NCBI GenBank assembly: GCA_950097015.1 | Contig: CATNEN010000033.1 | Location: 620,001 to 684,000 of the forward strand | DNA from: Macrostomum hystrix | Lineage: Eukaryota > Animalia > Platyhelminthes | DNA: 64,000 nucleotides | Direction: 5' to 3' | Program-made: the position numbers and the translations under genes | The notes under the pieces: model-generated | What the model was told of the DNA's origin: nothing | Database searches by the model: none | The model's input: only the letters and a program-made list of their open reading frames with translations | Shown here: positions 24,799 to 36,761 of the stretch, piece by piece | How the letters are laid out: each line of letters starts with the position of its first letter | How positions within the stretch are numbered: position 1 is the first letter of the stretch

Positions 24799-25638
24799 TC
24801 AAACGTATGCCTCCGCCTCTTCAGCTGCGGCATACAATAGGCAGTCGTCAGCTGGGTCAAATAAACAGCTACTGGCTGCCATCGCTGCCGCTGATGCTGA
24901 CGCCTCCGCCTCTTCAGCTGCGGCATACAAAAGCTCGTCATCAGCTGGGTCAAACAAGCAGCTACTGGCTGCCATCGCTGCCGCTGCTGCTGACGCCTCC
25001 GCCTCTTCAGCTGCGGCATACAATAGGCAGTCGTCAGCTGGGTCAAATAAACAGCTACTGGCTGCCATCGCTGCCGCTGCTGCTGACGCCTCCGCCTCTT
25101 CAGCTGCGGCATACAAAAGCTCGTCATCAGCTGGGTCAAATAAACAGCTACTGGCTGTCATCGCTGCCGCTGCTGCTGACGCCTCCGCCTCTTCAGCTGC
25201 GGCATACAAAAGCTCGTCATCAGCTGGGTCAAATAAGCAGCTACTGGCTGCCATCGCTGCCGCTGCTGCTGACGCCTCCGCCTCTTCAGCTGCTGCATAC
25301 AAAAGCTCGTCATCAGCTGGGTCAAACAAGCAGCTACTGGCTGCCATCGCTGCCGCTGCTGCTGACGCCTCCGCCTCTTCAGCTGCTGCATACAAAAGCT
25401 CGTCATCAGCTGGGTCAAAGCAATTGGCTGCCATCGCCGCTTCGACCTCTTCAGCTACGGCGTATAACAAATGGTCGTCTGCCAGGCCGAATACAAAACT
25501 GTATGTTGAATTGTATGTTTCATCATACCCGTAGTCATCATAGCCTGGCTCTTCATTCAGCTCAACGTCATCGTCGTGACAGTTGGATTTTTCCGCATCG
25601 TTTAGAGTTGGCCCTGATGATGATGTTGATGTAGGCAT
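24799..25638 (-). CDS. Acidic repeat protein AR (279 aa; seven 31-aa DPADDELLYAAAEEAE units)
   Basis: 93-nt period; ATG preceded by a TTTAAATA box; second copy at 61305. Confidence 0.75.
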   Translation of the reverse strand: MPTSTSSSGPTLNDAEKSNCHDDDVELNEEPGYDDYGYDETYNSTYSFVFGLADDHLLYAVAEEVEAAMAANCFDPADDELLYAAAEEAEASAAAAAMAASSCLFDPADDELLYAAAEEAEASAAAAAMAASSCLFDPADDELLYAAAEEAEASAAAAAMTASSCLFDPADDELLYAAAEEAEASAAAAAMAASSCLFDPADDCLLYAAAEEAEASAAAAAMAASSCLFDPADDELLYAAAEEAEASASAAAMAASSCLFDPADDCLLYAAAEEAEAYV

Positions 25639-25872
25639 GGCGAGACAATGGGGGCAGTATTTAAAATGCTTAACTTGTTTAATTTACTTAATTAATTGTC
25701 CAAAGTTTCAACTGCATTGATTACATATTCCCAATCACATAAGATTATCAGCAAGCTTGTTACCATAGACTAGCAATAGGGTTTTTAGTTGGTTACTTTA
25801 CTAAGGTAAGTGGCGTAACTTATTTACACATTTTAGATTCTTAATTATTGTTTCAAATAAAAAAACTACAAC

Positions 25873-26331
25873 ATGTCATCCCTGGGTGGGCGGCACAATG
25901 GCGGAGATCGAGATCGAGATATCGACAGAGAGGAACACAACTCTGGCAACGACAAACCGATCTCGTGCCCTACCGTCAGTAGCAGCACGGATGTCGTGAT
26001 TGGCACTGAGCGGCGTCGACGAAGGCACAGTTCGGATAGTAGTTCAGACTCCGATTTTGCTATTCTGCCTTCACGTCAACGTGTTCAGTACGTATTGCAT
26101 CGTCCAGGTGTCGTGCGCATTTACAATCAGAGATTTGGAATTGTGAACGCCAATCCGACACGTGATTTAGCCGGCCAATTGCAACTGCCGCAGCATGCGC
26201 AAGTGACCGATATACAGTCACCAGTTATAAGCAGCAGCAGCAGCAACAGTAACAATGGCGGCACTGGCACTGAAAGAGAGCGCGGCGATGCCAATCGTGC
26301 TGCTAATAACCCAGATTTGAATGACATGTAG
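25873..26331 (+). CDS. S3 small basic/Ser-rich protein with RRRRR NLS-like motif
   Basis: ACAACATG start; ORF kept in 4 copies with in-frame indels only. Confidence 0.65.
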   Translation: MSSLGGRHNGGDRDRDIDREEHNSGNDKPISCPTVSSSTDVVIGTERRRRRHSSDSSSDSDFAILPSRQRVQYVLHRPGVVRIYNQRFGIVNANPTRDLAGQLQLPQHAQVTDIQSPVISSSSSNSNNGGTGTERERGDANRAANNPDLNDM

Positions 26332-26841
26332 CAATTCTTTTGTTATGCACTGTTGCCATTACTTATAATGAAATTAATTAACTGATTAATGTAATTAAAA
26401 GTTGGTATTTGATTAACACATCTAAGTATTCAAAGTCGACAGTTCATGATGCCTGCAAATGTTTTAAACTACTTTTACATACACTAGCTCTCGTTCACCT
26501 TCACGTGGTATATTCAAAGCATAAGAGTTTGCCGTCACTATTGACAATATATTGTCGCGTTTACCATTAATCATAATCAGATGACTGATGAGATCAGTCA
26601 GTAATAAAATATTAATACGCGAACACAGATGTGTGCAGGTAGTCAATCGTTTATTATTAATACGGTTATTATTAAATTTCACCAATACATATAGAGTATA
26701 AATATATATAGAATTTCATTGGTTGAACAAATAATCGTGCCATTCTACAATTAGTCTGATTTGCAAAGTCGCGAGAGCAAAAATAAACGTGTAAACTATA
26801 ATACATAAAATTCTGCATATAAATTCTGTATTTTACAGCAT

Positions 26842-27222
26842 TCATTGTTCGATGTACCAGTAGCGAACTCCATGTATGATGAGCTGGAGTTCAGCTTGGG
26901 CTTCCTCTAAAAGCTCTAGCACTTCGATGATGTCTTGTGCTTCATCGTCTCTTACACCAGTCACGGACAAGACAGCCTGATAGTCTTCTGCTGACCGGTG
27001 CTTTTGCAGCCATTGTTGAGTGCGCCGTAATAATAAACATAAGTCATTAGCGTTGTACTCTGCATTTGGAACACCGCGTTGCAAACTAGGTAGCTGCTCG
27101 AAGCACCCTCGATGCGCTATGAACCGGCCAATGCAATCTATGCGACAGCTGAGAAAGAGTTGAAATACGCGCGGCTGAAGATACATTTGTACTAACTGCA
27201 TCTGATCGGCAATTAACGACAT
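26842..27222 (-). CDS. S1 protein (126 aa, unknown function)
   Basis: Five copies, three intact; homologous to S1b. Confidence 0.75.
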   Translation of the reverse strand: MSLIADQMQLVQMYLQPRVFQLFLSCRIDCIGRFIAHRGCFEQLPSLQRGVPNAEYNANDLCLLLRRTQQWLQKHRSAEDYQAVLSVTGVRDDEAQDIIEVLELLEEAQAELQLIIHGVRYWYIEQ

Positions 27223-27434
27223 GTTCAGTCAGTTAGTAAATCAAGTAAAGCAAAAAATCAAAACCCCCATAGAGAATATTTTATCGAACACAGGTGAGTC
27301 AGTCCACAGACAAATCAAATGAATACAGGCCAGTCTGGGTATTAAGAACAAGCAATATCTTATCGGCCAAGAAATCAGCCCACAACCAAACTTCGCACGT
27401 CTGCTACAGTAACAGTCACTAAGTCAGCAAGCAA

Positions 27435-27817
27435 ATGTCAACTTTCCCTTTCTTCCCGGCGCCGTTCCGGCGCCATATACTTGATGCCGCAGCCGCCACA
27501 CTCCAAGCTGCTCTGGTGAAGGCAATGGAGGCGGCCGTTGATGTCGCGGCGACGGAGCCATGGTCGCCGGAACGGCGCCGGGCCGATGACGAAATGGCTG
27601 CCGCTATGCGACGGGTCCGGGCGGCCATGGTCCGCATGGCCCGGGCCCGCCGCATAGCGGCAGGGCTGGATCCATATGTGAGTAGTAGATTTCGATTCCT
27701 TTCATTTGAATAATTATGAACACATCTGCATTGTAACATCTGAGCTACTAAATGAAACCTAACAAACTAAACGAAACCTAAAACCCATCTTTCATCCCGC
27801 AGCCGGGTGTCCTATGA
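27435..27817 (+). CDS. S2 protein (85 aa; exons 27435..27677 and 27803..27817)
   Basis: Conserved GT-AG intron and PGVL* micro-exon. Confidence 0.75.
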
Positions 27818-28720
27818 GAACCAAAGGACCGAGGGACCGAGGACGGACCAGCCGATCTGAGACATCTGACCAGCCGAATCGATAACTGATTAATTAACTG
27901 ATTAACTGATTAAATGATTAAATGATTAAACGATTAAATGATTAAATGATTGGTGAAAATAAAACGAACATGATTAAATTAGAGATTAAAGCGAGATAAA
28001 ATTAAATTAGATTAATGAAGTAAATCTCGTCAATACGTGTTATGAATCGTTCTGTTATTTTATTACGTCTATTATTAACATTTGTGCGACATTAAGAACT
28101 CACTAACTGGCAAGCAAAAAGAAACGAATTTTCGAGGTGCATTATTCCTTGTACATTATTGTACATTATTGTACATTATTCAGCCATATAAGTTAGTTGG
28201 ATTCGTTAAAAAAAGTAAAGTACAAACGACGAATAAATTATTATACACTTTCGTATCGCTAGATATAAGATGTTACAAGATGCACTTTTAAAACGTGCGG
28301 ACTATAGGTATGTAGTGAATTAAGTTGTGCGTATTTTACCAAAGACATGTCTGCTTGGTACAGCTCGATTTTTCGCTATTTTTTTTGTTCTTCAAATCCA
28401 AATTTTTCTTTCGAAAATACAGTCAGACGTTTTTGGCCATAGACACAAAAATCGGCTGCATATAATTCATATTGTATGCAGTATTTTTGCAAAAGTTCTT
28501 TAAGTAGCGTGGCTATATCTATGGTCTTTTCGCGAATATAGCCAGACATTTCATCTATAATTAGTATTTGCGCACTGCCAAAAACTTTTTTTTCGCGAAA
28601 GTACATACGTATTCTTAAGTCAAAACGACTATGATCGTTGACTACTTGAGATCTGTGCATATTGTGCCAGTGGTAAAAAGGTAAGAAGGCTCTTGTGGAA
28701 GACAGTATCGTTAGCCATCG

Positions 28721-28800
28721 TTACCATCTGGCCGTACGTTAGCCAGATTTCAGTTTTTTTCTGAAAGCTTTCATCTGGCTAACGTACGGCCCGATGATAA
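28721..28800. other. Branched hairpin / inverted repeat, copy 1
   Basis: Perfect 19-bp arms 28730..28748 and 28773..28791; inner arm TTTCAG-T7-CTGAAA. Confidence 0.85.
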
Positions 28801-29598
28801 TGTGAGCATTAGCCAGCCCTGCTCTGCACCCGGACATCCCCGTGTTTCAAAATATAAATACACAGGACTGCTATGGTATTGTAGTGTATAGTGATTCGGT
28901 GTGACGGTTCAGTGGTTCACATACTGCGACATGTCACATACTGGTTGAACAGTATAATGTATTTTCGCGTCCTTCAATGGAAGCTGCTAAGATATCTGCT
29001 GGCTATGTGACATGTCGCAGTATGTGAACCACGAACCGTCACATTGCTCTGCACCCGGTCACCCGTTTCAAAATATAAATAAATAATAAACAAAAATAAT
29101 TTAGTGTTTGTAATTTGTTTAATTGTTAATAGTACACAACTTCTTGTCTCGTTTATTTTATCATTAAAATAATATGAACTGACTGGCGGTGTTATATGCG
29201 ATGTACATTGGCGCTGAGACTTATTACAAGACCGACGTAATCGTAATCGATCAGTCTGAGATATTATGTTTGTATTTATATTGCGCAAAACCTGAGAATA
29301 ATGAAGTGGACTTAAAGCTGAAATTGATGTTATTCAATTCGTTTGTTATTATAAAATTGATATAATCAAATCGCGTAAAAGTTTATATTTTTTAGTTTTT
29401 TATTACACCAACGTATATTAAATCAGGCGATTAAATCAAGTTCAGTCTTAATTATACCATAATAAGTGGTAACTTAAGTGAGTCATTATAAGTGAGTCAG
29501 TCGATTATTCAGCAAGCCAGCCAGCCAGCCAATCAGCCAGTAGACGTTCAAAGATGCCCAATCTGAGTTGCACGCAGAGCCAATTGAATTGAATGAAA

Positions 29599-31077
29599 TC
29601 AATTGCCGCACAGACATTGTCGCGTCTTGATCAATCGGCCGTGTCTTGACACTGTCGTAGTCAATATATTGTGTGTGCATATACAATACGAGCGTCTAGA
29701 TGCATGCAAAGCATCAGTCGCAGGTATAGTCGATTGCGATGACTGCACATCACTTATTGACATTGCGACATCGTCGTCAAGGTCGGCGGTCAGAACCAAT
29801 TCTGCTGCGGCATCGGCATCTCCTTGCGGCACTGTCACATCAGATAACTGTTCATCCGAATCGTTGTTGACATCAGCAATGATGATCTCCATTGCGACAT
29901 CAAACATATCATCGATGTGACTTGCTTCGGAATGGGCAGCGAAATCCGATCCAGCAGCAGCAGCAACACAATCCGTATTGGTAGACAGAAATTGCATAGC
30001 GGCAGGTTGCATCAAGTCGAGCAGAATCTGCGCCATTTCAATGTCATCACCGTGACCGGATGATGTACCAATACACACTGACTGCGTGCTGACATTGGCT
30101 TCGATTGAAACATCGGTCACACCGTTTTGTGCACTGACACCAACTGTCGCTGTTGTTACTCTTGGCGCACAGACAAGAATAAAAACAGGTAGCGGCACCG
30201 GAACGAAATACGGCACCTCGACAGTTGGAATCGGCAACATAGGCATCGCTGGTGATCCGATTGGCTCAATTTGCAACATTGGCATTGATGGCGATGGTAC
30301 TGGCGAGTGATCCGATTGGATTGTTTCTGCTGCTGCTTCAATCGCATTGTGATTAAGCGGAGTAGATGTACAAATTGGATGCCGTACTGATCCAATTGAC
30401 ACGCTGTCCGCTTGGCTCACATGTTCAGCAGGCTCGTCAGTACTTGTTGCATAGATGATGCCTGATTCAGCTGCGCTATCTTCTATGATGATAGTTTCTG
30501 CTGGCTGCTCTGCTGATGGCTGCTCTGCTGCTGGCTGCTCTGCTGCTGGCTGCTCTGCTACGGGCTGCTCTGCTACTGGCTGCTCTGCTGCTGGCTGCTC
30601 TGCTGCTGGCAGTCGACGGGCAATGTAGCGCTCGTGCATATAGTCGACAATCTCGCCGACCACAGCTGGTAGTGGATCCAGTTGTTCAAGCTGGACCACT
30701 TCGCCCATTGCCGCTGCTCCCGCCACTGCCACTGGCTGAGCTGGTTGGCCACCGACGCGACGCTGCGGATTCCGCTTACATCTATATAGATGATGCAACA
30801 TGTTGGACGTTATTTTGTTGCAATGCGGACACGCTAGCACACGTCCACCGGCAGCGACATCCACACCAGCCCGCTGTAGTTGCAGCATCTTCCAGACGGC
30901 ACTTCCACGCTCCTTAACCGACGCGAATAGCGATGGCCTTTGACCAACAGGTAGGACTGTCCAGTCAAATTCGTCATGGACAGCTTTATGCGCCTCTATA
31001 AAATGTCTTCGCATCATATTGGCGCGGATTTGCTGGCCGCAGAAATGGCAGAAGCGGAGTCCGTTGTTGTCTTCCAT
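29599..31077 (-). CDS. Zinc-finger protein Z1 (492 aa): C2H2 plus C2HC fingers, AEQP repeats, acidic tail
   Basis: CHFC-x11-H-x4-H and CPHC...HHLYRC; N-terminus homologous to 35886 gene. Confidence 0.8.
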   Translation of the reverse strand: MEDNNGLRFCHFCGQQIRANMMRRHFIEAHKAVHDEFDWTVLPVGQRPSLFASVKERGSAVWKMLQLQRAGVDVAAGGRVLACPHCNKITSNMLHHLYRCKRNPQRRVGGQPAQPVAVAGAAAMGEVVQLEQLDPLPAVVGEIVDYMHERYIARRLPAAEQPAAEQPVAEQPVAEQPAAEQPAAEQPSAEQPAETIIIEDSAAESGIIYATSTDEPAEHVSQADSVSIGSVRHPICTSTPLNHNAIEAAAETIQSDHSPVPSPSMPMLQIEPIGSPAMPMLPIPTVEVPYFVPVPLPVFILVCAPRVTTATVGVSAQNGVTDVSIEANVSTQSVCIGTSSGHGDDIEMAQILLDLMQPAAMQFLSTNTDCVAAAAGSDFAAHSEASHIDDMFDVAMEIIIADVNNDSDEQLSDVTVPQGDADAAAELVLTADLDDDVAMSISDVQSSQSTIPATDALHASRRSYCICTHNILTTTVSRHGRLIKTRQCLCGN

Positions 31078-31269
31078 TGCAGCTTAAATATAGTCGTTCG
31101 CTGGCTAGCCTGCTGAATAATCGACAGAGTGGTCGTTGTGGCTGAATTTTAATTATCGATTTGCGTGCGCGCGCGCATATATTTACCTAGCACTGCTCAT
31201 ATCCTGTACAGAGCAGCAGTCAGACACATAGACATAGACAGGCATCGTCAACTGGGTCTAAGCTATTTC

Positions 31270-31585
31270 CATATATAGTATTTTCGCGAAAATACTGATA
31301 TGCTCTATAAACAAAGGTAAGGGCAGTATTTTTGCAAAAGTTCTTGAAGTAGTGTGCATGGCTACATCTTATGGTATTTTCGCGAAAATACTGCTATGCT
31401 ATTAAACAAAGGTAGTTGGCGGTATTTTTGCAAAAGTTCTTAAAGTAGTGTGCATGATTACATCTTTGGTATTTTCGCGAAAAGACTGCTATGCTATTAA
31501 ACAAAGGTAGTTGACGGTATTTTTGCGAAAATTCTTAATGTAGTGTGCATGGCTACATCTTATGGTATTATCGCGAATGCAGATA
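31270..31585. repeat. Palindromic array (3 full units plus 1 degenerate) upstream of Z1
   Basis: Same ~97-bp unit. Confidence 0.9.
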
Positions 31586-31876
31586 CGCGGCGGTTGAAGA
31601 CAATAAGAAGACAATATTTTTGCGAAAGTACTTTAAGTATTCATGATGACTATATCTAATGGTAATCAATAACCAAATATGACTTGACTTCATTATATTT
31701 TATTATTATTCATGCCGCGAATACAACTTGCAACAGGTTCACTCATGTATTTTTGCTTGAGCGAATTAATTGGGTTAAATAAATAGCTGGCATTAATTAA
31801 ACGGCGAACAGAAAACTACAATTAGCTGTATTAAGTCTACCTAAAACTAGTGCTGCTACTGCTGCTGCTGCTGCTG

Positions 31877-32282
31877 TTACTGCTCAATTCGATATCGGCG
31901 GCTCCGGAGCAACTCTCGCAGTCTAGCCCTTTGCTGTACGCCGCGCCAGTAGTCCAGGCCGTGTAGAATGTGCTGCAGCTCCAAACATGTGTCCTCCAGC
32001 AGGCCTAGCAGCTCGGCCAAGTCGAAGGCCTCGTTCTCTGTTAGGCAGGTCACCTCAAGGATGGTCTCGTAGCCCGCAGCTGTCTTGTGTTGTAGCAGCC
32101 AGTCCAGGAGGCTCTTCATCAGGGTGTGCAGCTGGGTGACGTTCAGCTAAGCAGTCGGGCAGTGGCGCTGCAGGCAGGTTAGCTGCTCCAATCGTCCTCG
32201 GTAAGTCAGGAACGGGGCCAGACAGGCGATGTCGCATCTGGCCAGGAGTGCCACGGTGGCCGGCGAGCCGAACAGCGCCACA
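31877..32282 (-). pseudogene. S1b copy, 5'-truncated, with internal TAG
   Basis: Matches 49964..50383; GAG>TAG at 32147-32149. Confidence 0.8.
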
Positions 32283-32284
32283 AG

Positions 32285-32440
32285 GTTCTTAAAGTAGTGT
32301 GCATGGCTACATCTTATGATATTTTCGCGAAAATACTGCTATGCTATTACCGTAAACAAAGGTAGTTAGCTGTATTTTTGCAAAAGTTATTAAAGTAAGT
32401 AGTGTGCATGGCTACATATTATGGTATTTTCGCGAACGTA
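32285..32440. repeat. Short palindromic array
   Basis: Two CGCG and two TGCA cores. Confidence 0.8.
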
Positions 32441-32835
32441 GATACGTATTCTCAGACAAAGTGACTTGTACTTTCTTACCATCGACAAATTTAGTATATT
32501 TCTGCTAATTGTCAATAATCACGAATGATTTTTTCGTGTATCTGTGGCTTTTAAGAAAACGAGAATAGTTTAATCTCAGTTTAATCAGATGATAATCAAA
32601 TGATTTCATTTGTTAATTTATTTATTTACTAACGAAATAATCACAGTGTTGACAATCATTAGCATCTTAACAATATATAAGAGAGCAACAAACAGAACAT
32701 ATGAGATTCTCGGTTGTAAAGGGACGGGTATTAGTGGGGGTATCACAATTGACACAATTGATAATTGATAATTTTGGCAAATCAGACAATCAGCACATAT
32801 AAAGTCAGGTGACACGACTGGGACAATATGAGCAT

Positions 32836-35800
32836 TCAGATGTCCAGTCTAGTTCTCGAACTGATCAGGCGCCCAGATCGCGTCCTGTATTCCGTTCGAC
32901 GAACCATGAGTAGCTCAGAATCCGAGCTGGTCTCATTGTCATTGCTGACGTGCTGTTGTTCACCATCATCACCTTCTTCGTCGATATCGTCGTGAACGTT
33001 GCCTTGTCCAGCCGATGCTCCAAACATCGGCGGTTGACTAAGACTGCGTCGTCTAGACGATGTAGACGAAATAGGCGATGGTGTTGCTGAATCGATGGCC
33101 GGCTTTGTCGACTCGGTGTTGTCCGTTGTTGAACATCTAGGACTAACCGTAGCGGGTCGCATTGTCGACATTCGAGGTCGCTTCTTGTCAGTGGCCTTGC
33201 AAATGGACGACCGTCGAGTGCGTCGCTTGCGTGTGCGTTGACTATGTGGCATCACAATGTCATCAGCAGGTAGAGGAGATGCAGCCGATGAATTGGTTGC
33301 GTCCAGATCAACGCTACAGGCGGCAGAGCGACGACGATTCGTGTCGTTTTCGGCTGTTGGATGTCGTTGATGTCGACGATCAAGTGGCCGATTGTGACAG
33401 AATGTCTCGAAGCATCCTCTGACGTCGTCGGCGACCATCAGATTGGCCTGCTGTTTGGCCAGGCGTCCATACGCATTGACGACACAGTTGCGCGATGTGT
33501 CGTACAGTGGCACCAGCTGGTCTAGCTTGTCGGGATGCGCATGCACATATGCCGACAGTACATTTCGACGACCATCGCCCATGCGATAGGGCCGATCGAT
33601 GACCAACTCGGCGCCCTGCTTGACAAGCGTGCTGAAACTTGTCGAGTCACGCTGCTTGCCACGATGCGTAGGAAACAGCAGACATTTGCCTGGCCTGACA
33701 TGGATGTTGCACTCGGCGAAGTATGGCAATAGAAAGTTGTCTATCCATTGCAGTAGACATTCGCCGACTTTGCGTGGCGCAGTCCAGCTTGCACCTTTAC
33801 CACGACCGCCCTTTTTGTGTGCCACTTCGGTAGGCGGCAGGACTGTGACAATGGTGGAGGACGTTGATACGCCGCTATTGAGTGCAGCATCCAAATAGCA
33901 ACGCCGAATCGCGACCCATGGACGTAGTCGATTGGCATGGACAATTGCTGCACAGAAGAAGGCCAGTTCACGCGTGATCGGCATAATAAATGTATTCCAT
34001 TTGCCGACGACGTTGGCCATTCGACGTGCACATTGTCCAATGCGACCCCAGTAGCCCTTCACGGGTAGATGAGACCACGAATGTTTGGCGACCATATCAA
34101 TCAGGCAGTCTAGCCGGTTGTGAATGATGCGCCATTCGTCAGCGGTCAGGAACTTATCCGTGTAGGACAGCTGGCGTTCGTCATCGCGCAGGTGATAAAT
34201 ATTCTCTTGCCGTTGACGAATCAATCCAATGCAAGCCTGTACATGTTAAAGGGTTATGAAAGAGAAAGTACATGCAGTAGCTTCTACAATTGTTCGTGAT
34301 ATATCAACTAACATAGTATACAATATGCGACACAACAACACTGCTCACCATGATTGATTCGATGCGGCTAGTCAACAGACCAGATACTGCAGTCTGATGA
34401 TAGAGAATACCATCTTTGCGCGGGTCAGGACAGGCAGGCAATTCTGACGCGGCCTTGACAATGTCGGCATGCACGTTGGCAAACAATCCATCTGGTGGCG
34501 AGGTCAATTGGAACGCGTTCATAACACTAGGAGCACCGAAGTCGTTGTTGGCTGCTAGAAACTTCTTCGCGCCGCTCAATATGTTATGAAGCTCGTTCAT
34601 TCGCTGTCCAACAGTCGATGGTTTCCAGATATGGCGCTTCACCATCTCGTCCAAATCGAATTGGATGCGCGCTGGATTGATGAACCACATCTCGACTGTG
34701 ACATTGATTGCGTGTAGGAGACGACTAGTTGTAGCATGATAGTTCCGCTGGATTGCTTTCCTACGGCTAACATGCGATGCGTTCTCTTCTACACAGCAAT
34801 GACCCTTGAACCAGATGTCGCCGACATTGTCTAGTTGCTTGTACATGTGTTCAGATGCAACGTGGTAGTCTGGGCCGTCGAAAACAACAAGCCGAGACGT
34901 CTTGTGCCTCCGTTGCAATACAAGCTCCTCTTCACTGACAGAAGCATCAGTATTTTCCACGTCAGATTTAGAGGTCTGAGTCTCTGCTTGTCGCTGACTG
35001 ACAGCATTGGTGACTCCGACCGGAACATAGTCTGACGTATACTGGAGAATTGCTTCTGTCAGATTGACCAGATTCTGCAAGCTAGTACACACGCGCGGAT
35101 GCTCAGCGTTGTGGGCTTTCTGCAGAATCTCGTTGAGGCCGGCCGCATTCAGACGCAGTCCATTGATAAACTCTGTTTGACAGGAAAGTTATAAATATTT
35201 GTTGATTATTTTTTATGTCTTTACGTGTAAATTAAAAAATGTAAAGGCATGTACAACAATATTTTAGACCACTTACTGATCGCTGCCACATTGTCGTTGA
35301 CATTAATGAACTCCGGCATCGTACTCGTTTCGTTTTGCAGTCGCTCGATGTCGTGACTGACAATATCGGCCGTGAACGAAGATGGTCCGGCCCGATCGAA
35401 ACTCGCCAACACCGGTGCTACTGACAGTGAGCATTGATCTGACTGAGAAGTAGCTTTGGACTGTCCTGCAGAAGACGATCCCGCAGAAGACGCTAACACG
35501 ACAATAGGCAGCTCAATGTTTGCACCCGCGTCTATCAAATCAGACGAAGAGTCGTCGCTGTCACTTGACGAACGGGTTGCATTTGCTACCTCTGTAATTG
35601 CCGGTTTACGCTTGCATGACCTGGCAATGTGTTTAGTGAGATGCCGAACACCTTTGCCACAGTATTGACAATAAGGCGAATCTGGATTGGATCCATCCCG
35701 ACGTAACCGGATGATATTCCATACAGTTTTCGCCTTAATGTGATACGATGCAGTCGCTGCGGGTCGTCCAACCTCCGGAATTGTGCTCCAATCAAAACTC

Positions 35801-35886
35801 GAAACGAAGTCTGAATGATTTGTAATAAAGTGCCTTACAACATTCTTCTTCCGAATTGAAGCTTTGCAGACTGGGCACGTATCCAT
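32836..35886 (-). CDS. Zinc-finger plus tyrosine-recombinase-like protein (944 aa; exons 35886-35277, 35172-34349, 34236-32836)
   Basis: Introns 35173..35276 (GTAAGT..CAG, phase 1) and 34237..34348 (GTGAGC..CAG, phase 0) join three ORFs in frame; WKPSTV, ANRLRP, HKK, LLFP, DGRR, DTS...NAY motifs in YR order. Confidence 0.7.
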
Positions 35887-36490
35887 TTCGCTGGTTATTG
35901 TTTGATGCTGTTCCAAAGTGCTTATGACAGAAGAACGTTTACACAGATTTGTAAGCGAGCGCGCTCGGCTTCTGACTTAAGCTGCTATCGTGACCCGTAC
36001 GACAGTTTAATCACATAAACTATCATTCAAGGTTTGTCTATGGCGAAAAAGCATAATATTGAACTCATAATATATTTAACGTTGCTATATTGTCTACTCA
36101 TAGTAGAGTAGGTAGTTTCGAACAGCAGATGAACATAAACACGAATAATTAATTGATTTCTGATTTATGTCAACAATTTTAATCTGTATGTTGAGAAAGC
36201 ACTTAAATTATTGTTGATTATTCCAGAGGTATTTTCGCAAAAGTACATATGTATTCTCAAACGAAGGTCCATGTAGTCTTTTTGCGAAAATACTTTAGTG
36301 TCAATCAATATGACTACTGTTTCTGATGGTATTTTCGAAAAAAAACATGTGTCCTAAACGAAAGTAAAGGCATTATCAAAAGAAGGTAACAACCGTATTT
36401 GAGCAAAAGTACGTTCATAATAATAATAAATATTTATTTTCATAAGTAGTAAATTATTAGCTGATTTTATTTATTTATAAAAATGTGTAT

Positions 36491-36562
36491 TAGTGACTGG
36501 GATTCGAACCCGAGCCACTGGTATCGTAAAAGAATGCTTGTGACCTGCACGCCAGATCACTA
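36491..36562 (-). ncRNA. tRNA-like putative Pol III gene, copy A (72 nt)
   Basis: TATAAATA at -33..-26, TGGCGTGCAGG A-box-like motif, GGTTCGAATCC B box, 7-bp terminal stem TAGTGAT/GTCACTA, T5 downstream; no canonical anticodon arm. Confidence 0.55.
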
Positions 36563-36761
36563 GCAATTGAATAGTGTGTTATCTGGCTATTTATATTGAT
36601 TTTCTTTCGGATGTTGGATAATGTAACGGAATGATAAGATTTATTGAGAGAATATAGATAATACTGCTGATATTGCTATCGCGAAAATTATTCAAATGTA
36701 GTACCGTTGTTCATACAGGGCTAGGTATTTTCGCGAAAGTACATTTTCGCGTTATACTTTT

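Noticed and set aside
24807-25634. Plus-strand and alternate-frame ORFs over AR (also 61279..62074)
   Set aside because: Shadows of the 93-nt in-frame repeat; only the minus frame has an ATG, a TATA-like box and a unique N-terminus
26464-26685. Recurrent MVKFN... ORF downstream of S1 in several copies
   Set aside because: Non-ATG start, AT-rich, variable ends; persistence is explained by recent duplication
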